From positions 1-64,000 of the IMG/VR virus record IMGVR_UViG_3300027749_002876: DNA of 64,000 nucleotides. One strand, 5' to 3'. Below the pieces are notes generated by a model. The model was not told the DNA's origin. It did not search any database and saw only the letters and a program-made list of their open reading frames with translations. Shown one piece after another: positions 55,281-64,000 of the stretch (positions within the stretch are counted from its first letter, which is position 1; each line of letters begins with the position of its first letter). The position numbers and the translations under genes were made by a program.

Positions 55281-55402
55281 TTCCATGGTATAAGAAATTA
55301 TTGCTTATGATTATAGCACCTTTTATTATTGGTGCTTGGTGTGTAATGAATCCCCGTAAAGTATGGGTACAGGCTAAAAAAGATTTTGGAGTTAAAGAAT
55401 GA
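55277..55402 (+). CDS. 41-aa membrane peptide ending DFGVKE, absent from ORF track
   Basis: ATGA-coupled on both sides. Confidence 0.7.
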   Translation: MIPWYKKLLLMIIAPFIIGAWCVMNPRKVWVQAKKDFGVKE

Positions 55403-56745
55403 GTGCAAGTTGGATTAATAAATTAAATGAATCAGATAGCCGTCTTCATAAGGAAGATATTATCAAACAAGCATTAGAGGCAAGTGTCCTCGGTAGCATT
55501 AATAGTCAAGTGTTTTTAGGCTTTCTCAAAGCCTGTTACAATCCCTACGTAACATTTGGTGTCAAACAGATTCCTGACACAGTTGGTATTGTTGATGCAG
55601 AAAATCCCTGGACTGAATTCAATGAATTAATGGTGCAACTTAGTCACCGTAGGTTGACAGGTCATGCCGCACGTGATGCTATTCAAAGTACGGCTGAACG
55701 ATTTGATAGTGATGAATGGAATACATTCTTAGCACCTATATTGCGTAGGGACTTACGTGCAGGTATCAGTGATAAAACAATCAACAAAATTTGTAAGGGC
55801 ACTGACTACGAGATTCCAATCTTTGGTTGCCAACTAGCAACTAACAGTGAAGGTCGTCCTGAGATGAAGGGTACGAAACGTCTTGAGCCTAAGTTGGATG
55901 GTGTTCGTGCATTGTTCACTGTTATCCCCAGTGACTTTGATATCACTGTAGTTTGCTACAGTCGCAACGGTAAAGTGTTTGAGAACTTTGGTCACATCGA
56001 AAATCAGATTCACGACAATTGGACCAAGATGGTTCGTGCGTGTAATGGTGTAGACCAAGGTCGTAGTCTCGTTGATGGTTTTGTACTTGACGGTGAAGTG
56101 ATTGGACATAGTTTCCAAGAACTTATGCGACAAGCACGCCGAAAAACTGACGCACAGGCAGAGGATAGTGTATTAAACATCTTTGACATTATCCCTCTCG
56201 CAGACTTCCGTCGAGGTCATTGGAACGCACAATTGCGTAAGCGTATTGCTTTGCTTGATAGTATGCGCCCAGTTGTTGATACAATGCCCAATGTTGAACT
56301 ACTGCCACACATCATGGTTGACTTAGATACAGCCGCAGGTAAGGATCAACTTGAGCGTTATGCTAAGGACAACGTTAATGCAGGATTTGAAGGCATTATG
56401 ATTAAAGAATTAGAAGCCCCATATCAGTGCAAGCGTAGCACTGATTGGATGAAGTGGAAGCCCACTATTACTGTAGACTTAGAGGTTGTAGGTGTTGAAG
56501 AAGGTACTGGACGTAATCTTGGACGCTTGGGAGCACTTGTTTGTGCAGGTGTAGATGATGGGAAAGAAATTTCAGTCAATGTTGGTAGTGGCTTTAGTGA
56601 CGGTGATAGAGATGATTACTGGAATAATCGCAATCTGGTCATTGGCAGAACTTGTGAGGTACTGTGTGATGTGATTACACAAAACCAAGATGGTACATAC
56701 AGTTTGCGCTTTCCACGCTTTGTTAGATTCCGTGATGACAAATAA
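55399..56745 (+). CDS. lig: ATP-dependent DNA ligase
   Basis: EPKLDGVR, LDGEV, EGIMIK, WMKWK, GSGF, SLRFPRF. Confidence 0.96.
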   Translation: MSASWINKLNESDSRLHKEDIIKQALEASVLGSINSQVFLGFLKACYNPYVTFGVKQIPDTVGIVDAENPWTEFNELMVQLSHRRLTGHAARDAIQSTAERFDSDEWNTFLAPILRRDLRAGISDKTINKICKGTDYEIPIFGCQLATNSEGRPEMKGTKRLEPKLDGVRALFTVIPSDFDITVVCYSRNGKVFENFGHIENQIHDNWTKMVRACNGVDQGRSLVDGFVLDGEVIGHSFQELMRQARRKTDAQAEDSVLNIFDIIPLADFRRGHWNAQLRKRIALLDSMRPVVDTMPNVELLPHIMVDLDTAAGKDQLERYAKDNVNAGFEGIMIKELEAPYQCKRSTDWMKWKPTITVDLEVVGVEEGTGRNLGRLGALVCAGVDDGKEISVNVGSGFSDGDRDDYWNNRNLVIGRTCEVLCDVITQNQDGTYSLRFPRFVRFRDDK

Positions 56746-56753
56746 ATACATGT

Positions 56754-57305
56754 ATGATAATAGAACCTGTATGCCATAAATTGTTTCAAGTAACTGATAT
56801 ATTACCTGAATCAGCATGTGAAGAAATTAAAAATCTTAATTGGTTAAATTTACCGGCTGAAAGTCCTCCCTTACAAGAACTGATGATACGTAAAAGAATC
56901 AAAGATGAAGAAATTCCAACTTTAGTTAAAATAAATCAATTACTTGAAAAGCATGGAAAGGAAATAGGCAAACTGCTAAATCTTAAGTTTAATCACATAC
57001 GCACACTTTGGTGGTTAGACTTACCCGGATTTACATCGGGTATTCATATTGATAGTACAGGTTGCCCTGCATTGCAAGCATATTGGATCGGTCCTAGTAG
57101 TGAGTATGGTACACATTTTTATACTACCGGAGATTACATTCCCAAACCTGCTAATTTAATTAAAGGTTTTGACTTTATTCCAAACACCGGCTATTTAAAT
57201 GATTTAGCAGGGTCTGATTCTGAAAAAATATATCACGGGATGTTAAATCCTGTACCCGAAAATACTTTCAGAATATCTTCCTATACTCAGTTTTGGACTG
57301 AGTAA
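56754..57305 (+). CDS. probable 2OG-Fe(II) oxygenase-like protein
   Basis: HID...GT.FY...HGM...R. Confidence 0.6.
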   Translation: MIIEPVCHKLFQVTDILPESACEEIKNLNWLNLPAESPPLQELMIRKRIKDEEIPTLVKINQLLEKHGKEIGKLLNLKFNHIRTLWWLDLPGFTSGIHIDSTGCPALQAYWIGPSSEYGTHFYTTGDYIPKPANLIKGFDFIPNTGYLNDLAGSDSEKIYHGMLNPVPENTFRISSYTQFWTE

Positions 57306-57380
57306 TTTTACCAATTTAATTTACAACAAGTTATATTGATGTTACAATCGTAGCATCATAAACTAATTACGGAGAACATA

Positions 57381-58676
57381 ATGGTAACAATCGTTAAACA
57401 TGAGTGGCATCAACATGATAGACAATATGCAATTGAAATTGATGAAACACTATTAAGTGAAATCTATTCTGACTTAGATGAAGATGAGATTAAACAAAAA
57501 CTCGCAGAAATTGAATCCGGTGAACTCGACTACGAAGAAGTTTTTAGCGATGCCAGCGAAAATGATGTTGACATTGAATGGGAATTTCAATATGATGATT
57601 GTTGGACTGACCGTAAGGGTGGGTATGATGTTACCTACGAACTAGGTGATGAAGACAGTTGGCACAGTGAACCTGAATCTGATCCGCCAACGCACAAGTG
57701 TACCAACTGTAAATTTGAGGGTACCGAGTATGAGGGACAGTGGACATGGGAAGACAAAGACGGAAATGAATTAGATATAGCAAAGTATGTGTGCAAATAT
57801 TGCGAGAGCGACTTGGCATTGACTGAGTTTGGTATTCAGAAAAAGAAAGAATCTGACGAACGTTCTGCACGTTGGGACACTGAAGCTAGCAATGAAGAAG
57901 ACGAACTAGTTGATGCTGTTGAATTAGAGGAAGCATTAGAAGAACTTAAAACAGAATTTGAAAAATTGTCAACAGAAGATAAAATTCCTGCAAAGTGGCC
58001 CTTTGATAATCTTGTTCTCAAAGAGGATGAAGAAGAAGATTTATTGAAAGAAGTTTATCCAGAAGATACTTACACAATTCGTATCTGGGGTCGTACACGT
58101 GAGATTGGCGTTCACAAGATTAAGAAAGCACAATACGAATACTGGAATGATGAAGACCACGAAAGTGATTTAAGTGATGCACTCAATGAGAATTATGATT
58201 ACGAAGAAAATGGTACTCCCAAAGCGGCACAGTTTGATTTACCTTACTATGAGTACCAAGACAAACATTCATTCTGGGGCTTTGATCAAGATGATACTCA
58301 TATGACTATCACTAATAGTGAAGGTGAAGAAATCTATGAAGGTGACTTAGAATCATTCTTTAGTGAAGCACACGGTGAAGAAGATAGTCGTTGGGAAACA
58401 TCAGAAGAACTTGAAGAACTCTATCCAGAACATCTAGGTAAGGGTTACTGGTTGATGTGGACTCAAGGTGGTAAGGGCAGTTGTATTCAAACAAGTATTG
58501 AAGGTGTGTTCGAACCCAAGAAACTTAAAGCACTTAACTGGGATGTTCAAGGTACAAGCGTTGTTACCCGATTAGTATATGACGGTGATGAACTTGATGA
58601 CGAGGGCATGGATAGTGAACATGACAACTGGCGAGGTCAGTGGTCGCAGTTTGATGTATATCATAACAAGAAATAA
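57381..58676 (+). CDS. highly acidic protein with two CxxC motifs
   Basis: GGAG SD; TTTACA-17-TACAAT promoter at 57320-57348. Confidence 0.8.
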   Translation: MVTIVKHEWHQHDRQYAIEIDETLLSEIYSDLDEDEIKQKLAEIESGELDYEEVFSDASENDVDIEWEFQYDDCWTDRKGGYDVTYELGDEDSWHSEPESDPPTHKCTNCKFEGTEYEGQWTWEDKDGNELDIAKYVCKYCESDLALTEFGIQKKKESDERSARWDTEASNEEDELVDAVELEEALEELKTEFEKLSTEDKIPAKWPFDNLVLKEDEEEDLLKEVYPEDTYTIRIWGRTREIGVHKIKKAQYEYWNDEDHESDLSDALNENYDYEENGTPKAAQFDLPYYEYQDKHSFWGFDQDDTHMTITNSEGEEIYEGDLESFFSEAHGEEDSRWETSEELEELYPEHLGKGYWLMWTQGGKGSCIQTSIEGVFEPKKLKALNWDVQGTSVVTRLVYDGDELDDEGMDSEHDNWRGQWSQFDVYHNKK

Positions 58677-58678
58677 TC

Positions 58679-58909
58679 ATGGCATATAAAACAATTTACA
58701 CAGAGGTTGAAGTTGATGTTGACTTGTCAGAGTTTGACGATAGTGAATTGATTGACGAACTAGAATCACGCGGTATAAGTCAAGTGAGTAATCCATCAGA
58801 CATTAAAAATTTACTAGAAGCAATTTGGTTGAAACGCCGTAATGGCAATACTGATTATCAAAATGAGTTAGAACAACTGATTTGGATGGGACTTGGTAAA
58901 GTTTTATGA
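58679..58909 (+). CDS. hypothetical protein
   Basis: operonic ORF. Confidence 0.75.
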   Translation: MAYKTIYTEVEVDVDLSEFDDSELIDELESRGISQVSNPSDIKNLLEAIWLKRRNGNTDYQNELEQLIWMGLGKVL

Positions 58910-59109
58910 TGACAGAAGAAATGCAACGATGTGTGGGTAAAACTTACACATTTGAAGATGGCAATAGCATTACTGTTATACAAATCAAACGCCGTGATGA
59001 AGAACAACACTGGGTCACGTATTCTGTAAATACTGGTCCGGGTGTTCCTGCTAAATTTGTTTTAGAGTGGGAACAGTTTAAAGAACACTATATTCACCTG
59101 TTTCCATAA
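58906..59109 (+). CDS. hypothetical protein
   Basis: ATGA-coupled ORF. Confidence 0.7.
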   Translation: MMTEEMQRCVGKTYTFEDGNSITVIQIKRRDEEQHWVTYSVNTGPGVPAKFVLEWEQFKEHYIHLFP

Positions 59110-59147
59110 TATGTAGATTAATAGGTTATAATTCAACTAAATATTAG

Positions 59148-60809
59148 ATGCGCTTAAAATTTCTATCCTTCTCAAATCTCACTCTATTAGTAGCACTCTG
59201 TCTTAGTTCAGTGGCTGCCTGGTATAGTATCATCGGCTTAACCGCTATCTTTGCAGGTGCGGTTATCCCTGTTATCATTATGGGTACTATCCTCGAGATA
59301 GGAAAGATTACCACAACTGTTTGGCTACGCAAGTACTGGGGTCGTTGTGGGTTCTTGCTTAAACTATACCTAGTACCTGCTGTGATTGCACTAGCATTAT
59401 TAACTTCTATGGGCATCTTTGGTTTCTTGTCAAAAGCACACATGGAACAAGGCATGATATCAGGTGATGTGCAAAGTAAAATTGCAATATATGATGAAAA
59501 AATCAAAACCGAAAAAGAGAATATTGAAGCAAACCGTAAGGCGCTTAAACAGATGGATGAGGGAGTGGATCAAGTATTGGGACGCTCAACAACAGAAACG
59601 GGTGCTGAAAAAGCTGTGGCTATGCGAAAAACCCAGCAGAAAGAACGTGCTAGACTTCAAAATGAAATACTACAGTCGCAAAAGTCTATCGCGGGACTTA
59701 GTGATGCACGTGCGCCTATTGCCGCCGAGGTACGTAAAGTTGAAGCAGAAGTTGGGCCAATTAAGTATATCGCGGCGTTAATCTACGGAGACAATGCTGA
59801 CCAAAATATGTTGGAAGCGGCAGTACGTTGGGTTATTATACTATTGGTTATTGTATTTGATCCTCTTGCTATTGCATTAGTGTTAGCAGCCAACGCAAGT
59901 AAAGAATGGGATGAGGAGGGTGACAGCCCTCTAGGGGATAAAACACCATTGACCCCCGCTGTCACAGAACCTGCATATGAGCCTGATGATGGTCCTATTA
60001 ACGAAGAAGCATTAGAGGCACTACGTGAACGTGCAAAAGAAGAACTACCGAGCGGTAAAATAATTACTAAATCAGAGTTATTCCCGTCAGACCCTACTAT
60101 AAATTGTTACAAATGTGGTACTGAATTAATAAATGCTCCTGGTATAGGTCTTTTCTGTCCTAATAAAAAATGTGAGGTGTTAGATAGCGTAGACAATTCT
60201 AATATAACATGGGAATATATCTCACCTGCATCAGTGAACGTTGAACCAGAAAAGTCTATATTAGAACAACATCCATACTTAACTAAAGGTTTTGACCATT
60301 TTGAAAATTTAAAGCCAATGGTATATAAACCAGAAGCAGAAGCCGAACCAACCGCAGATACTGAAACTAAAATTGATGACGTAACTAGCATGGAAGTAAA
60401 ACAAGATTTACCCTTTACTGAATTACCGGGTGGATATGTATCATATGAGGGCAAACATATACAGCGAGATGCTTTATTCAGTCAGCATCCAGAATTTTTA
60501 AAATTATCGGCTGATGCAAGCCAACCAGTTAATAGTAGTTTTGGAACTAAGTTCCCTGACATTGCTAATAAAGGTGATGTCTTTACCAGAGTAGATGTAT
60601 TGCCTAATAAAGTATTTAAATATGATAGCAGAAATTGGATTGAGATTAGTAAAGAAACATCCAACACATACCTTTACAATACCAAATACCTTGATTACCT
60701 TGTGGAAATGATTGGTAAAGGTGAATATGATCCTGAATTACTATCAGACAATGAACGTGCTCAAATTGAAGACCATATTAAACTCAACAAACTTAACCAA
60801 AGTCATTGA
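59148..60809 (+). CDS. multi-pass membrane protein with coiled coil and acidic C-terminus
   Basis: three N-terminal TM segments, heptad region, further TM (VIVFDPLA). Confidence 0.8.
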   Translation: MRLKFLSFSNLTLLVALCLSSVAAWYSIIGLTAIFAGAVIPVIIMGTILEIGKITTTVWLRKYWGRCGFLLKLYLVPAVIALALLTSMGIFGFLSKAHMEQGMISGDVQSKIAIYDEKIKTEKENIEANRKALKQMDEGVDQVLGRSTTETGAEKAVAMRKTQQKERARLQNEILQSQKSIAGLSDARAPIAAEVRKVEAEVGPIKYIAALIYGDNADQNMLEAAVRWVIILLVIVFDPLAIALVLAANASKEWDEEGDSPLGDKTPLTPAVTEPAYEPDDGPINEEALEALRERAKEELPSGKIITKSELFPSDPTINCYKCGTELINAPGIGLFCPNKKCEVLDSVDNSNITWEYISPASVNVEPEKSILEQHPYLTKGFDHFENLKPMVYKPEAEAEPTADTETKIDDVTSMEVKQDLPFTELPGGYVSYEGKHIQRDALFSQHPEFLKLSADASQPVNSSFGTKFPDIANKGDVFTRVDVLPNKVFKYDSRNWIEISKETSNTYLYNTKYLDYLVEMIGKGEYDPELLSDNERAQIEDHIKLNKLNQSH

Positions 60810-60865
60810 CAACTAGTTACATTTAGTGTATAATAACTCTATCTGTAACTACAAACGGAGTATAT

Positions 60866-61534
60866 ATGAAACTCAAACTTTTAGCAATCTCAGTAGCACT
60901 AGTGTTAGCTGGGTGTTCATCAACTAGCAAAAATGCAAGTGTAGAGTCTGCGCCCATTACTGCTATAAATTCACAAAAACTTACCTCTAGTTTTAAACGA
61001 CAAGGCATCAAAATTGAATGGTCTTGTTCATGGGGTACAGGCATGTTTGGGTTGACTGATGCACTATGCGTCAAGGGTGAAATTCAATCTATTGAAGTAA
61101 CTGGATATGCAAATAGCTTTGGCAATAGTGAAGCATTGCGTGAACGAGCATTTATTGCCGCAGAGATGGATGCCAAAGCACGATTGATTCGGTTTATGAA
61201 TGAGGGCGTTGGCTCTAATAATTTTGCTAATACTGTCACAAAGAACGTGGAAAAAGCACAAGACCGCATTAAGAATCGTATTAGTGCTGATGAAGCAGTT
61301 GAAATGAGCGATACTGATGCAGGCAAAGACACAAACTTTGCTGTACGTGAAAATACAAACGAGGTTGTTCGTACATTAAGTGAGAGCATTCGTAACAACG
61401 CTGAAGGTAAACTACGCGGTGCTTTGCTTAAAGATGCTGAAATTGTAGATAGACAAACTGTTAAGGCAGTTATTCGTTGGGATCATAATACTGAACGTGC
61501 CGCGATGTATATGCGTAAGCGTTTTGGTAACTGA
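60866..61534 (+). CDS. lipoprotein (LPP20-like)
   Basis: lipobox LAGC; TTGACA-17-TATAAT at 60806-60834. Confidence 0.8.
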   Translation: MKLKLLAISVALVLAGCSSTSKNASVESAPITAINSQKLTSSFKRQGIKIEWSCSWGTGMFGLTDALCVKGEIQSIEVTGYANSFGNSEALRERAFIAAEMDAKARLIRFMNEGVGSNNFANTVTKNVEKAQDRIKNRISADEAVEMSDTDAGKDTNFAVRENTNEVVRTLSESIRNNAEGKLRGALLKDAEIVDRQTVKAVIRWDHNTERAAMYMRKRFGN

Positions 61535-62505
61535 TGAAATACCTAGTAGTACTACTAAGTTTTATTTGCAATATTGTTTTAGCACAGCCAATTCGTGTAG
61601 AAGGTATTGGTAGTACACTACAACAGGCTAAAGATAACGCATTTAAAACTGCGGTAGAATTGCAAATCGGTTTTGTTCTAGTCAATGAACTAGAATCAAA
61701 AGACAACAATCTTATACGCAATTACATTATAAATTATAGTGCGGGATATGTTGATAGTTATAAAATTATCACCACAAACTCATATGATGATAAGGTAATT
61801 ATCATTGTTGATGTTTTGGTATCATCTAGTAAAATTGCAAATAGAATTTTAGGTACTAGTACTAATCCTAAACTGTTTGACAATCAAACACAAAATACAC
61901 GATATGAAACTTATATCCAATCAAAGATCAACGGAGATAAGTTGTTACACAGTGTACTAAATGATTATCCACGTAAGGCATTTATAGTACAACAAGGTCA
62001 ACATAAGTTTGGTGTAGATACAAATCGTAATCCTTTTATTGAAATAGGATTTGTATTTCATTGGAATTATAATTATATTGAATCATTAAATGAAGCACTA
62101 TCTTTGTTAGAAGATGGTAGTAACGGATTGTTTAAAACAAGCCCGGGCAATGTGATAGTTATGGCCAAAGATCCAAAAGATTATGTCTTTGGAAAAAAGA
62201 ATCATTATAAATTTAATGATGTATTGACAATGCATACCATTATTGATAGATTTAACAATCACATGCCTAATATACAATTGGTCATATACAATCAGAATAA
62301 TACAGTTTTTTATAAACAATGCTACACACCAGAGTCATTTACAGGTAGAAAGCCTGGATTATATTCTATAGGGGATACCCTTATACTCTATGGTAATCAA
62401 ACAGAAAACAATATAATAAGAATTCATCTATCAAACATCGGGGATGCATTGAAATTTATAGAACGAATTGAACTTAGTGTTGCCGGTCACGAAAGTTGTA
62501 AGTGA
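61534..62505 (+). CDS. exported protein, probable partner of the lipoprotein
   Basis: signal peptide; G.G...QAKDNAFKTAVE. Confidence 0.7.
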   Translation: MKYLVVLLSFICNIVLAQPIRVEGIGSTLQQAKDNAFKTAVELQIGFVLVNELESKDNNLIRNYIINYSAGYVDSYKIITTNSYDDKVIIIVDVLVSSSKIANRILGTSTNPKLFDNQTQNTRYETYIQSKINGDKLLHSVLNDYPRKAFIVQQGQHKFGVDTNRNPFIEIGFVFHWNYNYIESLNEALSLLEDGSNGLFKTSPGNVIVMAKDPKDYVFGKKNHYKFNDVLTMHTIIDRFNNHMPNIQLVIYNQNNTVFYKQCYTPESFTGRKPGLYSIGDTLILYGNQTENNIIRIHLSNIGDALKFIERIELSVAGHESCK

Positions 62506-62529
62506 ATAATAAAACAGATAAGTAAAACT

Positions 62530-63732
62530 ATGTCAACAGAAACAAAACTAAACCATTGCACATTTTGTGGTGCCCATAAAGAAAAAGTTAAAAAACTCAT
62601 TGTCAGTGAAGAGGTGGCAATTTGCAGTGATTGCGTAGACCTATGCAATAAATTGATGATGGATGATAGCCATGAAAAAATAGAACCAACGGAACACAAT
62701 GTATCCTACGATCCAGAGTCTATCAAAGAATTTTTAGACCAACACATCATAGGACAAGATAGTGCTAAGGGTGTGTTAAGTGTAGCAATTGCTAACCACT
62801 ATAAACGAATCAACAAGCCACCAAAAGATTTAGAAATCTCTAAGGGTAATGTTTTGTTAGTAGGACCCACTGGATCAGGTAAAACATTGCTTGCTAAAAC
62901 AGTAGCAAAATACTTAGAAGTCCCCTTTATTATAGCAGATGCTACAAGTATTACTGAAGCAGGTTATGTAGGTGATGATGTTGAATCAATGATTAGTATG
63001 CTAGTCAATGCCGCCGGCGGCGATCCTAGACTAGCAGAACGCGGTATTGTGTTTGTTGATGAGATTGACAAGATTGCTCGCAGAGGTGAGTCAGCAAGTG
63101 TTACACGTGATGTATCCGGTGAGGGTGTGCAACAAGCATTACTTAAATTAGTTGAAGGTACTATATGTCGTATTCCAGCAAGTGGTGGACGCAAACACCC
63201 CGGTGGTGATATGCTTGAGATTAATACAAAAGACATTCTGTTTATTGCAGGTGGTGCGTTTGTAGGATTAAAAGAAATTATCAACAACCGCGAGAATGGA
63301 ACAAGTATTGGCTTTGGTGCAGAGATTAAAGATAATCGCAAAGAGTCAGAATTGACAAATGTGTCGCCTGATGACTTAGTTAAATTTGGAATGATTCCTG
63401 AGTTTATTGGTCGTTTTACTACTACAGTAAGTGTGAGTGATTTAAATAAAGAAGAATTGATTAAGGTTCTTAAGGAAGTTAAGAACAACTATATCGACCA
63501 ATACAAATATTTGCTCAGTTTAGACAACATTGCAATAGACTTTAATGAAGATGCATTGGATCAACTAGCAGAGAATTGCTTAAAATTAAAGACAGGTGCT
63601 CGTGGATTACATACTGAAATTGAACGCACATTAATGCCACATATGTTTAACACTAAAAAGTACCGTGAAAACAATGTTACCGAGATAAATATAGACAGAG
63701 ATTTAGTTTTGGAGCCAAAATCATTAGCATGA
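62530..63732 (+). CDS. clpX: ATP-dependent Clp protease ATP-binding subunit ClpX
   Basis: CTFC...CSDC Zn domain, GPTGSGKT, EAGYVG, RDVSGEGVQQ, RKH, IGF loop, GARGL. Confidence 0.97.
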   Translation: MSTETKLNHCTFCGAHKEKVKKLIVSEEVAICSDCVDLCNKLMMDDSHEKIEPTEHNVSYDPESIKEFLDQHIIGQDSAKGVLSVAIANHYKRINKPPKDLEISKGNVLLVGPTGSGKTLLAKTVAKYLEVPFIIADATSITEAGYVGDDVESMISMLVNAAGGDPRLAERGIVFVDEIDKIARRGESASVTRDVSGEGVQQALLKLVEGTICRIPASGGRKHPGGDMLEINTKDILFIAGGAFVGLKEIINNRENGTSIGFGAEIKDNRKESELTNVSPDDLVKFGMIPEFIGRFTTTVSVSDLNKEELIKVLKEVKNNYIDQYKYLLSLDNIAIDFNEDALDQLAENCLKLKTGARGLHTEIERTLMPHMFNTKKYRENNVTEINIDRDLVLEPKSLA

Positions 63733-63944
63733 GTGGAAGAAAAGTATTAGTGCAAGACGGCAACACAGAAAAAGCATTACGGAAATTCAAAAAGAAGATT
63801 ACTGATTCTGGGTTACTGCAGGAAGTTAGGGATAGACAAGAATTTGTCAAGCCCACTATCCGTCGTAAACTTGCAAAAAGTCAGGCAAAAAGACGCTGGC
63901 AGAAATACTTGCGTGACCAAAGTCTTCCTAAGAAAGAATTTTAA
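63729..63944 (+). CDS. rpsU: ribosomal protein bS21
   Basis: EKALRKFKKK...GLLQEVRDRQEFVKPT.RRK. Confidence 0.9.
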   Translation: MSGRKVLVQDGNTEKALRKFKKKITDSGLLQEVRDRQEFVKPTIRRKLAKSQAKRRWQKYLRDQSLPKKEF

Positions 63945-64000
63945 GTTCCAAAATAGTAGATTTTTTACGTGTTTTTAGTTATAATAAATACGTGTGTAGA

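Larger units (their letters stand above)
54767..55402 (+). repeat. two alternating coding direct repeats separated by unique in-frame segments
   Basis: aagttcgccgagttgattgttagggaatgt at 54767 and 54973; aacatttcggagtt(a/g)aagaatga at 54882, 55064, 55258. Confidence 0.9.

Noticed and set aside
54767-55402. CRISPR array (about 30-nt repeats with unique spacers)
   Set aside because: Two alternating repeat types, irregular spacer lengths, all in-frame coding with SD/start/stop inside the repeat, and no cas genes. Reported instead as a coding cassette array.
575-63488. Many antisense or nested ORFs in the track (e.g. 575-889, 5908-6327, 13740-14288, 35838-36329, 62964-63488)
   Set aside because: They lie opposite or inside well-supported genes and lack SDs and motifs, so they are treated as shadow ORFs.
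1-64000. Alternative genetic code (stop-codon reassignment)
   Set aside because: Polymerase, ligase, ClpA, ClpX and FolE are full length in the standard code and coding density is high.
1-64000. tRNA/rRNA genes, integrase, transposase, reverse transcriptase/DGR
   Set aside because: No cloverleaf or T-loop pattern was seen in the short intergenic gaps and no such protein motifs were found. A tRNAscan-SE run would confirm.

Overview
Gene-dense, AT-rich 64 kb segment of a large lytic tailed phage, probably a T4-like or jumbo myovirus, read in the standard genetic code. No rRNA, tRNA, CRISPR array, integrase or IS element is visible. The window holds five kinds of content. (i) Replication and repair: family-B DNA polymerase, probable sliding clamp, RNase H/5'-3' exonuclease, ATP-dependent ligase, UvsE. 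(ii) A 7-deazaguanine DNA-modification cluster (DpdA-like TGT, FolE, QueD, QueE, a DpdL-like QueD paralogue, no QueC in the window) interleaved with glycosyl- and cytidylyltransferases. (iii) Host-like genes: DnaJ, ClpA, ClpX, Dps, Fe/Mn-SOD, TilS, PsiE, Hc1-like, ribosomal bS21. (iv) Two late clusters of modular proteins with T4 capsid-targeting-like N-termini and many xxE junctions. (v) An early region of small ORFs behind repeated sigma70 promoters. The best novel candidates are as follows. First, a putative capsid-cargo polyprotein system in which cleavage after Glu would unmask internal export signals (a perfect Tat motif before an M48-like peptidase, and a Sec-like signal), with modules apparently joined at a DNA-conserved 'GVAE' motif. 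Second, a preQ1-I-like pseudoknot plus anti-SD hairpin ahead of queD. Third, widespread leaderless late transcripts. Fourth, a coding repeat/variable-segment array of 'KFAELIVxEC...HFGVEE' ORFs. All functional calls come from motifs recognised by eye. No database searches or folding programs were run.
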